Of a stretch of DNA of 64,000 bases, positions 26,331-35,339 are shown piece after piece. The DNA lies in IMG/VR virus record IMGVR_UViG_3300046474_000142; one strand, 5' to 3'. The DNA is from a virus. Taxonomy: Duplodnaviria > Heunggongvirae > Uroviricota > Caudoviricetes. A program made the translations under genes and the position numbers. Under the pieces are notes generated by a model that saw nothing but the letters and a program-made list of their open reading frames with translations, was not told the origin of the DNA and ran no database searches. The number at the start of each line of letters is the position of its first letter. Position 1 is the stretch's first letter.

Positions 26331-27170
26331 ATGAGCAACACTATTGACTGGACCGTGCTGGCTGTGAAGTTGGACGAAGCAGGGTCGAGCTGGCGAGAAA
26401 TCGCGGATATGCTGAAGAAGCCGAAGAGCACCGTCAGTGACTTCCTCCGGGGCTATCATGCTCAGAAGGCAATCGCAGAGGGTAACGATGGCTACGACAA
26501 CACCCGCATCCTCTTCATCTCGGACTTGCACGTACCCTACCATCATAAGAATGCTTTGCCGTTCTTGGAGGGGCTGAAGAAGAAGTACAATCCGACACGG
26601 GTTATCTGCCTTGGCGATGAACTGGATCATCACGCGATGTCGTTCCACGACAGCGACCCTGACCTGCCATCTGCCGGTGACGAGCTTCGCCGTGCTCTAC
26701 CTGTCATCAAGGAACTTGAGAAGATGTTCCCAGTGATGGACTTGATTGACTCTAATCACGGAAGCATGGCTTTCCGCAAGGCGAAGCACCACGGGATTTC
26801 GAAGCACTACATTCGTAGCTACAACGAAGTTCTTGAGGTTGGAAACGGTTGGAAGTGGTATAATGACCTTGTGCTAGATATGAGTGAGTGGGGCAAACCT
26901 GATGTGTACGTGCATCACGGTAAGACGAAGAAGGCCGTAGCAACGAGCCGTGCGATGTCGATGTCCCATGTATCGGGCCATTACCATGAAAGCTACGGGG
27001 TGGAGTTTTGGAGTAACCCAAAAGGCTTGTACTTCGGAATGAATTCGGGCTGCTTGATCGATGATAAGCAGTTAGCATTCGCGTACAATAAGGTGTTCCC
27101 ACACCGCCCCATCATCGGAACTACGCTTATTATCAACGGTAATCCGGTGCTAGAGGTAATGGAACTGTGA
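26331..27170 (+). CDS. calcineurin-like metallophosphoesterase with an N-terminal HTH-like segment
   Basis: ILFISDLHVPYHH (motif I); VICLGDELDHH (GDxxD); DSNHG (GNH). The N-terminal WREIADMLKKPKSTVSDFLRG is HTH-like. Confidence 0.65.
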   Translation: MSNTIDWTVLAVKLDEAGSSWREIADMLKKPKSTVSDFLRGYHAQKAIAEGNDGYDNTRILFISDLHVPYHHKNALPFLEGLKKKYNPTRVICLGDELDHHAMSFHDSDPDLPSAGDELRRALPVIKELEKMFPVMDLIDSNHGSMAFRKAKHHGISKHYIRSYNEVLEVGNGWKWYNDLVLDMSEWGKPDVYVHHGKTKKAVATSRAMSMSHVSGHYHESYGVEFWSNPKGLYFGMNSGCLIDDKQLAFAYNKVFPHRPIIGTTLIINGNPVLEVMEL

Positions 27171-27736
27171 CCAACTGGGCTGACTTGTTCTACTACGACG
27201 AGACTAGCCCTAGCTGCCTGAGATGGAAAGTAGAGAGAACCTGCGGGAAAGGGAGGGTGCATGTCCTTGCTGGCGACCCTGCTGGTTCTCCTACAGCGAA
27301 CGGATATTGGCAAGTTGAAGTAGGTGACACTGGCTACCTGTGCCATAGGATTGTTCTGGAACTATTTGGCAACGTTGTAGATGGTCTGTTCGTAGATCAC
27401 ATCGACCACGACAGGTTCAATAACCGGATCGGGAACTTGAGGGCAGTTAGCCGCAGCCTTAACAACAGGAACTCATTGGGGCGTTGTGACAACACTAGTG
27501 GTGTGGTGGGCGTGTCTCGGCACGTTATCAAAGATAAGTACCACTACTGGACAGCCGAGTACTCGACGCTAGAAGGGAAATCTGTTAAGATGAGCTTTTC
27601 GGTGAACAAACTTGGAGAGCAACATGCATTCGATCTTGCTTGTAAAGCTAGGAAGGAAGCAGTAGATAAACTAAATGCCGAGGGAGCCGGGTACACCCCG
27701 GACCACGGACAACCTAAAGGAGAAACAAATGAGTGA
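27167..27736 (+). CDS. HNH-AP2 homing endonuclease
   Basis: GTG start overlapping the upstream TGA. FYYDETSPSCLRWK; VDHIDHDRFNNRIGNLRAV; AP2-like tail NAEGAGYTPDHG. Confidence 0.8.
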   Translation: MTNWADLFYYDETSPSCLRWKVERTCGKGRVHVLAGDPAGSPTANGYWQVEVGDTGYLCHRIVLELFGNVVDGLFVDHIDHDRFNNRIGNLRAVSRSLNNRNSLGRCDNTSGVVGVSRHVIKDKYHYWTAEYSTLEGKSVKMSFSVNKLGEQHAFDLACKARKEAVDKLNAEGAGYTPDHGQPKGETNE

Positions 27737-27959
27737 CACTATTGACGTACGTAACGCATCCAGCCATCCGCGCTATATCCGGTTTGCTGAGCCTGAACGT
27801 GGAGACACTGGCTACGGTTATCGTTTCGATTTACTGAACGCTAAGGAGGGCTTCGCCTACCTTGACGAAGGGGATAGCGGGGACACCGTGCGCGTTCACA
27901 AAGACGACATCGACAATATGATTGTCGCATTGAATCGTCTGAAAGAACTGCTGAAATGA
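27729..27959 (+). CDS. hypothetical protein
   Basis: 76 aa from ATG 27729 after aaaggagaaacaa. Confidence 0.45.
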   Translation: MSDTIDVRNASSHPRYIRFAEPERGDTGYGYRFDLLNAKEGFAYLDEGDSGDTVRVHKDDIDNMIVALNRLKELLK

Positions 27960-28246
27960 GCAAGCTGACGTTCGTAGAGGTTCCAATCCATGCATTCGGG
28001 ATTGACTTGGGCCTCACGTTCGTCTGCCTGTCAGACGGGCGACTGTGCTTCGAAAAGAACCCTATGTTCGTTCCTACGTACGACTATTCTAAGGACGGCG
28101 TGACTGCCTGCTTCGATCAAGAAGAGTTCTATATGCTGGAACGTGACGGTCCAATCGAGCGATTCAACTACGGTACGGCGTACCCGTACAAAGAGATGCC
28201 AACCATGCTGAAGTGGTTGGTGCAACAGAATATGCAATTCAACTAA
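27956..28246 (+). CDS. hypothetical protein
   Basis: 96 aa; ATGA overlap. Confidence 0.45.
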   Translation: MSKLTFVEVPIHAFGIDLGLTFVCLSDGRLCFEKNPMFVPTYDYSKDGVTACFDQEEFYMLERDGPIERFNYGTAYPYKEMPTMLKWLVQQNMQFN

Positions 28247-28258
28247 GGAGTAATAGCT

Positions 28259-28633
28259 ATGAGTATCAAACACGACATCAACGCAGCAGTAGACGCTTGC
28301 CACGGAGCTTCGACCAACGCTGGCTGGTGGACTGACAAGGAAGGCAACCATCTTACCCTGAACCCGCTGTGCTTCTCCAACAAACTGTGTCTGGTGCATA
28401 GCGAGATTTCGGAAGCAATGGAAGGCGACCGTAAGGGGCTGATGGACGACAAGCTACCACATCGTTCGATGGCTGAAGTCGAGCTGGCAGACGCAGTGAT
28501 CCGTATCTTCGATCTGGCCGGTGCCTACAACATGGACCTGGGCGGTGCAATCGAAGAGAAGATGGCTTTCAATGCTGTCCGTCCAGACCACAAGAAAGAA
28601 GCCCGCGAAGCTGCTGGTGGCAAGACCTACTAA
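28259..28633 (+). CDS. MazG-like nucleoside triphosphate pyrophosphohydrolase
   Basis: LVHSEISEAMEGDRKG ... EVELADAVIRIFDLAGAY matches the MazG/HisE all-alpha NTP-PPase helices (E..E.....EL.D..I.....A). Confidence 0.55.
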   Translation: MSIKHDINAAVDACHGASTNAGWWTDKEGNHLTLNPLCFSNKLCLVHSEISEAMEGDRKGLMDDKLPHRSMAEVELADAVIRIFDLAGAYNMDLGGAIEEKMAFNAVRPDHKKEAREAAGGKTY

Positions 28634-28644
28634 GGAGTGGTGTA

Positions 28645-29292
28645 ATGAAATCAATTAGCGTCACCGACCTGAAAGCGAAGGTTCCAGAGCTGTCCCATCT
28701 GCGCATGATCGACTTTATCAACCCTCAGAATGATGCTCTGATCGCACCGTACCTGAAGGTTCTCGGTTTCGATCTGGACTATCCAATTGAGTACATTCCA
28801 TCGCAGCACAGAAATCTGCAAGGGCAGGTAGTGATCGCTTACCGAATCGTAGGGGAGGTTGACATCAACTCCAACTTCCTAGCCAGTTCGTACGCCACTC
28901 CCGAAGACCGCATCATCGCAGCAGGCTACAAGGATATGAGCCTTGCTAACGAGATGTCCCGTTCGTTGTCAACGAGCAAGGACTTCCAAGGAGCTGTAGA
29001 AGCCTTCCCGCAAGAGCAGGCTAACCCAGATGAGCAGGCGATTCTTGACCAGATCGAAGTGCTGGAAGGACTAATCGACCAAGTGCGGCCAGGGCGCTTC
29101 ACCGAAGGCGGTAGCCTGAAGACGATTGCTGAGTACCATGCTCCCCTGGTGGTTCCGGTTAAGAAGGAACGCCGAAAGCGTAAGGTGACGGCCTTCTCGT
29201 GTGCTTCCGAGGTAGCGGGCGACGATGTGTGCAAGCAGCATTGCGGTGACTCCGACCGATGCTTAGCTAGCACTACTAAGGTTGCAATCTGA
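28645..29292 (+). CDS. hypothetical protein
   Basis: 215 aa; RBS taaggagtggtgta. Confidence 0.5.
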   Translation: MKSISVTDLKAKVPELSHLRMIDFINPQNDALIAPYLKVLGFDLDYPIEYIPSQHRNLQGQVVIAYRIVGEVDINSNFLASSYATPEDRIIAAGYKDMSLANEMSRSLSTSKDFQGAVEAFPQEQANPDEQAILDQIEVLEGLIDQVRPGRFTEGGSLKTIAEYHAPLVVPVKKERRKRKVTAFSCASEVAGDDVCKQHCGDSDRCLASTTKVAI

Positions 29293-29346
29293 CGGCACCT
29301 GTGCTATAATGTCCATCCAACACGGGGCTGCGGCCCCGTTTTCATT
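29283..29346 (+). promoter_or_regulatory. Promoter TTGCAA-16-TgcTATAAT, immediately followed by a GC hairpin plus T-run (terminator/attenuator-like), in the nrdB leader
   Basis: TATAAT at 29305-29310. Hairpin ggggc-tgcg-gcccc at 29324-29337, then GTTTTCATT. nrdB ATG at 29361. Confidence 0.45.
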
Positions 29347-29360
29347 AACAAAGGAGTAGA

Positions 29361-30401
29361 ATGAACATCAAACCAAGAATCATGACTCCTACCGATAGTT
29401 ACGTTATCGTCTACCCGGAGTTCGTAGCACTGGCTGATACCCAGTTCGAAGACTGCCGCTGGACGCATAAGGAAATCGCGGTAGAGAAGGACAAGCAGGA
29501 TATGCTTGTGAATGTCAGCCCGGCAGCTCGCCATGCCATCACTACGGGCCTGAAGCTGTTCACCAGATACGAGATGTTCGCCGGTAACGAGTACTGGATG
29601 GGCCGTGTCATCAAAGCGTTCCCTCGTCCTGAGATTCAGCGTATGGCAGGCGTCTTCGGAGCTTTCGAACTGCAAGTCCACGCCCCGTTCTACAACAAGC
29701 TGAACGGAGTGCTGGGACTGGATACGGACGAGTTCTACACTTCGTACGTCAACGATCCTGTGCTGGACAGCCGTGTGAAGTTCCTCGACCGAGCTGTGGA
29801 TAGCAAGGACGATCTGCTGTCTCTGGCGGTGTTCTCGATGATGGAAGGTGGCGTACTGTTCGCTAACTTCGCTCTATTCAAGTCGTTCCAGAGCAAAGGC
29901 CAGAACTTCATCGGCAACGTGGTGCGTGGTATCGACCAATCCGTTGTGGACGAAGGGCTGCACCAAACTGGCGGTGCTATGATCTTCCGTAAGGCTATCG
30001 AAGAGCTGAAAGAGCTGCTGTCGCCGGAAGCATTCAAGGAGTTGTGGCGTTCGCTGTGCAACCGTATTCGTCGTGCTGCGAAGAAGTTGGCAGAACACGA
30101 ATTCCGCATCTCGGATATGCTGATGGAGCAGGGCGACATTGGTACTGGTATTACTGCCCTGTCGCTGAAGCAGTTCGTCATGAGCCGTATCAATATCTGC
30201 CTGAACGATTTGGGCGTGCCGGTACTGTTCAGCAAGAAGCAAATCGGTGCGAACCCGATTGCGGAGTGGTTCTATGGCGGAATTCAAAAGTATCAACAGA
30301 ACGATTTCTTCGTAGGCAAAGGCAGGGAGTACACTACTACGTGGGATGAGGACAGGTTTATTTGGCGCTTGCCTGAAGGTGTAAGTAATGCTGTGGAATG
30401 A
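29361..30401 (+). CDS. nrdB: ribonucleotide reductase class I small subunit (NrdB/R2)
   Basis: MEGGVLFANFALFKSF and VVRGIDQSVVDEGLHQ match the R2 iron-ligand helices (EG.FF and I.RDE.LH). Confidence 0.7.
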   Translation: MNIKPRIMTPTDSYVIVYPEFVALADTQFEDCRWTHKEIAVEKDKQDMLVNVSPAARHAITTGLKLFTRYEMFAGNEYWMGRVIKAFPRPEIQRMAGVFGAFELQVHAPFYNKLNGVLGLDTDEFYTSYVNDPVLDSRVKFLDRAVDSKDDLLSLAVFSMMEGGVLFANFALFKSFQSKGQNFIGNVVRGIDQSVVDEGLHQTGGAMIFRKAIEELKELLSPEAFKELWRSLCNRIRRAAKKLAEHEFRISDMLMEQGDIGTGITALSLKQFVMSRINICLNDLGVPVLFSKKQIGANPIAEWFYGGIQKYQQNDFFVGKGREYTTTWDEDRFIWRLPEGVSNAVE

Positions 30402-30924
30402 GTACTTCGTGCTCGATGAGGCAGTCCCATCCGGCCTCCGGTGGGCTGTCAACATCTACGATAGCAAGGGCAGGTTGACAAAAGCAAGAGTTGGAGCCGT
30501 TGCAGGAAGTTTAAGCGGACAAGGGCGCTATCAAGTTAAGGTTGCAGGACGTGTGTACCGCTGTCACCGTATCATTTACGAGATGCTTCACGGGCCGTTG
30601 CCTGATTGCATGATGGTAGATCATAAGGACGGAGACTGCACAAACAACGTTCACTCTAACTTGGTGGCGCTCACTGCGGCTGGAAACCAGCAGAATCGCA
30701 GAAAGAGTTCGCGGAACAAGTCTGGCATCACTGGCGTCTACGTCCACAAAATCAAACACTATACGTACGTTAAGGCGTACATCGGCACAGAAGTCGTGGC
30801 GAATATTCCGGCACACAAAATCGGGCTAGAGGCTGCTATGAAAATGGCAGAGAAGGCCCGTGTGGAAGCTGTGAGAATAGCTAACGCTAATGGAGCCAAC
30901 TACACAGAGAGGCATGGTAAATGA
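30388..30924 (+). CDS. HNH-AP2 homing endonuclease inserted between nrdB and nrdA
   Basis: FVLDEAVPSGLRWAVN; VDHKDGDCTNNVHSNLVAL; AP2-like tail NANGANYTERHG. Confidence 0.8.
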   Translation: MLWNEYFVLDEAVPSGLRWAVNIYDSKGRLTKARVGAVAGSLSGQGRYQVKVAGRVYRCHRIIYEMLHGPLPDCMMVDHKDGDCTNNVHSNLVALTAAGNQQNRRKSSRNKSGITGVYVHKIKHYTYVKAYIGTEVVANIPAHKIGLEAAMKMAEKARVEAVRIANANGANYTERHGK

Positions 30925-32666
30925 AAGAAGTAACTAAGTACGAACAACTAAGTGAAGACCGTAAAGCCGGTCAAGCTGCCGGGACCGTGCCGGAATGGAT
31001 GCCTACTGCTGGCTACCAGATGTTCTTGGAGAAGTACCTGTACGAAGCGGAGAACCCGCGTGAACAGTACATGCGTATCGCCAAGACGGCTGCTAAGCAC
31101 GCCCCGCGTACGATGCTTCCGGGCAGCAACGAAGGGCTGATGGTCTACGCAGACATCGAAGGCTACTGGACTGACAAGTTCTTCAACATCATGTGGAAGG
31201 GCTGGATGGCTTGCTCGACTCCGGTGCTGGCGAACATGGGGACTGACCGTGGATGCCCGGTGAGCTGCGCTGGCTCCGAGATGGACAATTCGATCTTCGG
31301 CTTCTACGACAACCTGAAAGAGATGGCCCTGCTGTCGAAGCATGGCTTTGGTACTGCTACCGACCTGTCGGAAGTCCAGCCTCGCGGTTCGAAGATGCGT
31401 AGTGGGGGTCGTGCAAATGGCGTCATGCCGGTGATCGAAGACCACATCCTGATGTCGCGTAAAGTGTCTCAGGGTAGCTCCCGCCGTGGCGCATGGGCCG
31501 CTTACCTGAACGTGATGCATGGCGACTTCTGGGAAGTGATTAACTACCTTGAGAAGCACGATGACGACTTCAACATGGGCTGGATCGTCACTGACGAGTA
31601 CATTGCACTTCTTAACAAGGGTGACAAGGAAGCTCACAAGCGATTCAAGCGCATGATGAAGGTTAAGATGGTGACTGGTAAAGGTTACTTCTTCTTCATC
31701 GACAAGGTGAACCGTAACCGTCCGCAGATGTACAAAGACCTCGGCTTCATGGTCAAGGCTTCGCAACTGTGTACCGAAATCTTCCTGCACAGCGATGCTA
31801 CGAAGTACACCTACACTTGCGTGTTGGCGTGGATGAATGCTTCGAAGTACGATGAGTGGAAAGGTACGGACGCTGTGATGGTCGCTACCGTGTTCCTCGA
31901 TTGCGTTGTGTCGGAGTTCATCATCCAAGCGGAGAAGATTCCGGGTCTAGAAAAGGCTGTGGCGTCTACCAAAGCTGGCCGAGCAATCGGACTGGGCGCT
32001 GGTGGTCTGCACACCTACATGCAAGAGCACATGATGCCGGTGGAGTCTCTGGACGCCTACCTGTTCAACGCCGAGTTCTTCCAGCACCTTAACGAGCAGT
32101 CGTTGGCTGCTTCGAAGTGGCTGGCTGTGGAGCTGGGAGAGCCAGAGTGGTGCAAGGGCTACGGACTGCGCTTTACGCACCGTCTGGCTGTTGCCCCGAC
32201 CAAGAGCACTGCGCTTATCATGGGCGGTATCTCGGAAGGCCGTGGTTTCGATACGGCGATGAGCTTTACCCAGAAGACCTCTGCCGGTGAAGTGGATCGT
32301 GTGAACCCGCCGCTGCTAGCCCTTATCAAACGTAAGGGGCTGGACGTTGACGCCTGCATTAAGGATGTGGTACGTGGCTACGGCTCCGTGCAGCATGTGG
32401 ACTGGCTGACCCCGGAAGAGAAGGAAGTTTTTAAGACCGCCTTCGAAATCGATCAACGTGTTGTCCTGCGTCTGGCTGCTGTTAGCCAGAAGGATGTGGA
32501 CCAAGGCCAGAGCATTAACGTGTACATTGCTAAGGGTACGACCGAAGAACAGATCGCGGAGATTCACCAAGAAGCGTTCTTGAACGAGCTGATCCACAGC
32601 CTGTACTACGTGTACTCAAGCCGTGCTATTGTATCGTCGTCGTCCGAATGCGTGGCCTGCCAGTAA
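30921..32666 (+). CDS. nrdA: ribonucleotide reductase class I large subunit (NrdA/R1), no ATP cone
   Basis: Active-site loop SQLCTEIFL (N/S-x-C-x-E); C-terminal redox cysteine pair ECVACQ; 581 aa. Confidence 0.75.
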   Translation: MKEVTKYEQLSEDRKAGQAAGTVPEWMPTAGYQMFLEKYLYEAENPREQYMRIAKTAAKHAPRTMLPGSNEGLMVYADIEGYWTDKFFNIMWKGWMACSTPVLANMGTDRGCPVSCAGSEMDNSIFGFYDNLKEMALLSKHGFGTATDLSEVQPRGSKMRSGGRANGVMPVIEDHILMSRKVSQGSSRRGAWAAYLNVMHGDFWEVINYLEKHDDDFNMGWIVTDEYIALLNKGDKEAHKRFKRMMKVKMVTGKGYFFFIDKVNRNRPQMYKDLGFMVKASQLCTEIFLHSDATKYTYTCVLAWMNASKYDEWKGTDAVMVATVFLDCVVSEFIIQAEKIPGLEKAVASTKAGRAIGLGAGGLHTYMQEHMMPVESLDAYLFNAEFFQHLNEQSLAASKWLAVELGEPEWCKGYGLRFTHRLAVAPTKSTALIMGGISEGRGFDTAMSFTQKTSAGEVDRVNPPLLALIKRKGLDVDACIKDVVRGYGSVQHVDWLTPEEKEVFKTAFEIDQRVVLRLAAVSQKDVDQGQSINVYIAKGTTEEQIAEIHQEAFLNELIHSLYYVYSSRAIVSSSSECVACQ

Positions 32667-32673
32667 CAAGTAG

Positions 32674-32702
32674 TTGACAGCAACCGTAAGAAGGGTTACT
32701 AT
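32674..32702 (+). promoter_or_regulatory. sigma70-type promoter TTGACA-17-TACTAT
   Basis: Exact -35 hexamer with a 17-nt spacer, upstream of the 32740 gene. Confidence 0.5.
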
Positions 32703-32739
32703 GTAGCCTTTCTTACCTAACTAACCAAAGGAGAATTGA

Positions 32740-33171
32740 ATGAGCAATACCAAACAAGCAACGGCTGGCGATCTGGTGAAGTACCTCGACGGGTTGCGGG
32801 GTGGTGGTGTCACTCCGGGTAAGATTTACCCGATCACGGGCAACAACAGCTACGGCGGTAGCACGGGCGCTCTCTTTGTCGATGACAAGGGAAGTGAGCG
32901 TGCGTTCTACGACCCGACCATGTACGAAGTGCTGGGTAAGCTGGATGACTACGAGCTGGTTCCGATTGCCCCGCTGAAAGACATCCAAGGCAACAATGTC
33001 CGTGCAGGCGATACCATTGCTTACGCGTTCGCTGGGGCATCCAGCCGCCATCTCGGCCTGTTCGAAGTGCAGTCCATCAACGGGCCTGCCGCCCTGTGCC
33101 GTTCCAAGTCGGACGGTGCTGTCGTCAACCTGGGCGTGTTCGAAGAACGTGCCATCAAAATCAAGGAGTAA
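32740..33171 (+). CDS. hypothetical protein
   Basis: 143 aa; RBS aaggagaattga. Confidence 0.5.
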   Translation: MSNTKQATAGDLVKYLDGLRGGGVTPGKIYPITGNNSYGGSTGALFVDDKGSERAFYDPTMYEVLGKLDDYELVPIAPLKDIQGNNVRAGDTIAYAFAGASSRHLGLFEVQSINGPAALCRSKSDGAVVNLGVFEERAIKIKE

Positions 33172-33174
33172 GGA

Positions 33175-33402
33175 ATGTACGAAATTTTTAGCATGGAAGG
33201 TTGCGCTAAGTGCGTAGACGCTGCCAAGCTTCTGACCGCTAAGGGTCTGGAATTCAAAGTGACCAAGATTGACGAGGATGCTAATGCAGCAGCGTTCATC
33301 CGCCGTGAACAGCATCGCTCGATGCCGCAGATTTACAAGGACGGCGTGCTCATCCCCGGTGGCTTTGCAGGATTGCAAGCGTACTTCGCAAAGCAGGAGT
33401 GA
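33175..33402 (+). CDS. glutaredoxin (NrdH/Grx-like redoxin for the RNR)
   Basis: CAKC active site near the N-terminus. MPQIYKDGVLIPGGFAG matches the Grx glutathione-site motif (P.IF..G..IGG). Confidence 0.7.
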   Translation: MYEIFSMEGCAKCVDAAKLLTAKGLEFKVTKIDEDANAAAFIRREQHRSMPQIYKDGVLIPGGFAGLQAYFAKQE

Positions 33403-33950
33403 CCGTGAACTGGGGAGATTACTTCTACTACGACGAAAGCTCCCCGTCCTGTCTCCGCTGGAAGGTTGACAGGCCGCGTGGAAGCGGTTCTGACTTACTT
33501 GTGCAAGCCGGAGATGCCGCTGGCGGATTAGCAGGTAACGTGTACTATCGTGTCCGCTTAGACGGCACAAAGTACATGGTGCATCAAATAATCTGGGAGA
33601 TGGGAAATGGCCCTATCCCGGCTGGGTACGAAATCGACCACGAGAACGGTGACAAGGCTTGCAACCGCATTGGAAATCTTCGGTGCGTGACAAAAACTGT
33701 GAACCAGCATAACAGATCGAAGCCGGTAACAAACACTAGCGGAGTAACAGGCGTCAGCTTGACTACGAAGCGTTCAAAAGATTACTGGCGTGCTTCGTGG
33801 AGGGAAGATGGGAAGCTGCGCAACAAGTGCTACAGTGTCGAAGAGTTCGGAAGCGATGAAGCGTTCCAACTTGCCTGCAACTGGCGTGCAGAGATGATTA
33901 AAAGGCTGAACGAAGTTGGGGCTCAGTACACGACTCGCCACGGAACGTAA
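33399..33950 (+). CDS. HNH-AP2 homing endonuclease (start is GTG 33399 or 33405)
   Basis: NWGDYFYYDESSPSCLRWKVD; IDHENGDKACNRIGNLRCV; AP2-like tail NEVGAQYTTRHG. Its 5' end is near-identical in DNA to the remnant at 7969. Confidence 0.8.
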   Translation: MTVNWGDYFYYDESSPSCLRWKVDRPRGSGSDLLVQAGDAAGGLAGNVYYRVRLDGTKYMVHQIIWEMGNGPIPAGYEIDHENGDKACNRIGNLRCVTKTVNQHNRSKPVTNTSGVTGVSLTTKRSKDYWRASWREDGKLRNKCYSVEEFGSDEAFQLACNWRAEMIKRLNEVGAQYTTRHGT

Positions 33951-34097
33951 GAAGCACTACTTGACAGGGCTGCGATGCTACGGCGTCATGGCCCTTTTCT
34001 TTTTGGGATACCTACTACACGGACTACTAGCGTTCATTACATTAGTGTTCGGAACGTTTGTAGTGGCAGTAGAACACATGATTTGGTGGAGGAATAA

Positions 34098-34694
34098 ATG
34101 ACAATAGATTTAACGGGTAAGCGCAAGGCGGCACCAACCGTTGCAGCAATACATAACTACTGGAACTCTAGGATTAAGGGGCAAGACGCTGAGCACTGGG
34201 CGAACACTCTAGGAGACTTGAGCTTTGAAGTCATCCTAGAAGATAACGGCAAATCTTGCTACGCGTGCGGAAAGCCCTGTACCCCTCAGCGTTGCCACAT
34301 TATCGCTCACCAGTTTGGCGGGAGCGTAGACCCCTCAAACTTGTTCTTGATGTGCCATGAATGCCACGCCGAGAACCCGGACGGGCTGCATGAGTCGGTT
34401 TTCTTTAACTACGTAAGGAACAGAGAATTCTACGTAACGAAGCAAGCGAAGGATATGACTCGCCACTTTACGGCCTTAATCAGTTCCCACCCGGAGGGGA
34501 AGCGTGTGCAGTCTGAAATTGAAAACAACCCCGGTGTGTGCTCAGCCGTGGTAGAGTTCTTCAAGCAAGATGCGGAAGGTCGGAAGCAACTCGGCATCGG
34601 AGTCGGCAATAAAGTCACATCCGCAACATGGGCCGGGGCGCTGTTTATGAAGCTGGTAGAACTTTCAAATAAGGAGTTAGTATGTGTAAGTTAA
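34098..34694 (+). CDS. HNH endonuclease
   Basis: CYACGKPC...RCHIIAHQFGG...NLFLMCHECHAENPDG. Confidence 0.7.
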   Translation: MTIDLTGKRKAAPTVAAIHNYWNSRIKGQDAEHWANTLGDLSFEVILEDNGKSCYACGKPCTPQRCHIIAHQFGGSVDPSNLFLMCHECHAENPDGLHESVFFNYVRNREFYVTKQAKDMTRHFTALISSHPEGKRVQSEIENNPGVCSAVVEFFKQDAEGRKQLGIGVGNKVTSATWAGALFMKLVELSNKELVCVS

Positions 34695-35161
34695 TCATCG
34701 CAGGAAGTCGTAGCATCAAAGATTACGCAGTAACACGGGCTGCGATAATCGAATCCGGCCTCTGGGCGAAGTACGGTAAGAAGATTCACGTTATCTCCGG
34801 CGAAGCCGAAGGCCCGGACAAGCACGGTGAAATCTTCGCTGAGAAGGCCGGTCTGAAGCTGTCCAAGAAGCCCGCTAAATGGGGCAACATCAAGGCTCCG
34901 GGCGCAGTGGTACGCCACAACAGCCGAGGCGCTTACAACGCTCTGGCGGGCCATTGGCGCAATCAGGAGATGGCAGACATCGCTGATGCCGTTCTGGTGG
35001 TCTGGGACGGTAAGAGTACGGGTTCGCTCGATATGCTGCACCGTATGCTGGCAATGGAGAAGCCTTGCTACCTGTACCCGCTGCGTATCTCGGCTGATCT
35101 GCTGGCATCGCTGGAAGAGAAGGGTTGCATCATCTTGTACCCGAACAGCTACACCGAATAA
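34682..35161 (+). CDS. DprA/Smf-like SLOG-superfamily Rossmann-fold protein (short, DUF2493-like)
   Basis: LIIAGSRS..DYA...IHVISGEAEGPDKHGE...ADAVLVVWDGKSTGSLDML parallels the DprA Rossmann core (VGSR...SG.A.G.D...H ... vlVvE....SGsl.T). Confidence 0.45.
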   Translation: MCKLIIAGSRSIKDYAVTRAAIIESGLWAKYGKKIHVISGEAEGPDKHGEIFAEKAGLKLSKKPAKWGNIKAPGAVVRHNSRGAYNALAGHWRNQEMADIADAVLVVWDGKSTGSLDMLHRMLAMEKPCYLYPLRISADLLASLEEKGCIILYPNSYTE

Positions 35162-35162
35162 A

Positions 35163-35339
35163 ATGCTTGACCCAGACGAAATTAGTGAACTACAATACGA
35201 AGTATGCAGCGGACGTAAGAACCACTACCAACGCTGCCAGTGTGATGTAGAATTCGGGACTTGCCCCGGTGTTAAATACTGTCCGAACTCGGACCAAACC
35301 TGCCCTGAAGGGCAAACCCAAGGAGAAGAAAATGAGTAA
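35163..35339 (+). CDS. small Cys-rich protein (7 Cys in 58 aa), possibly Zn-binding
   Basis: ATG directly after the upstream TAA with no obvious RBS. CSGRKNHYQRCQCDVEFGTCPGVKYCPNSDQTCPEG. Overlaps the next gene by 8 nt. Confidence 0.3.
   Translation: MLDPDEISELQYEVCSGRKNHYQRCQCDVEFGTCPGVKYCPNSDQTCPEGQTQGEENE

Noticed and set aside
33961-34101. TTGACA at 33961 and a possible 37-aa membrane mini-ORF (ATG 33988)
   Set aside because: No acceptable -10 hexamer is found at 17-nt spacing. The ATG would sit inside the putative promoter, and the ORF is too short to support without expression data. It is left unannotated.
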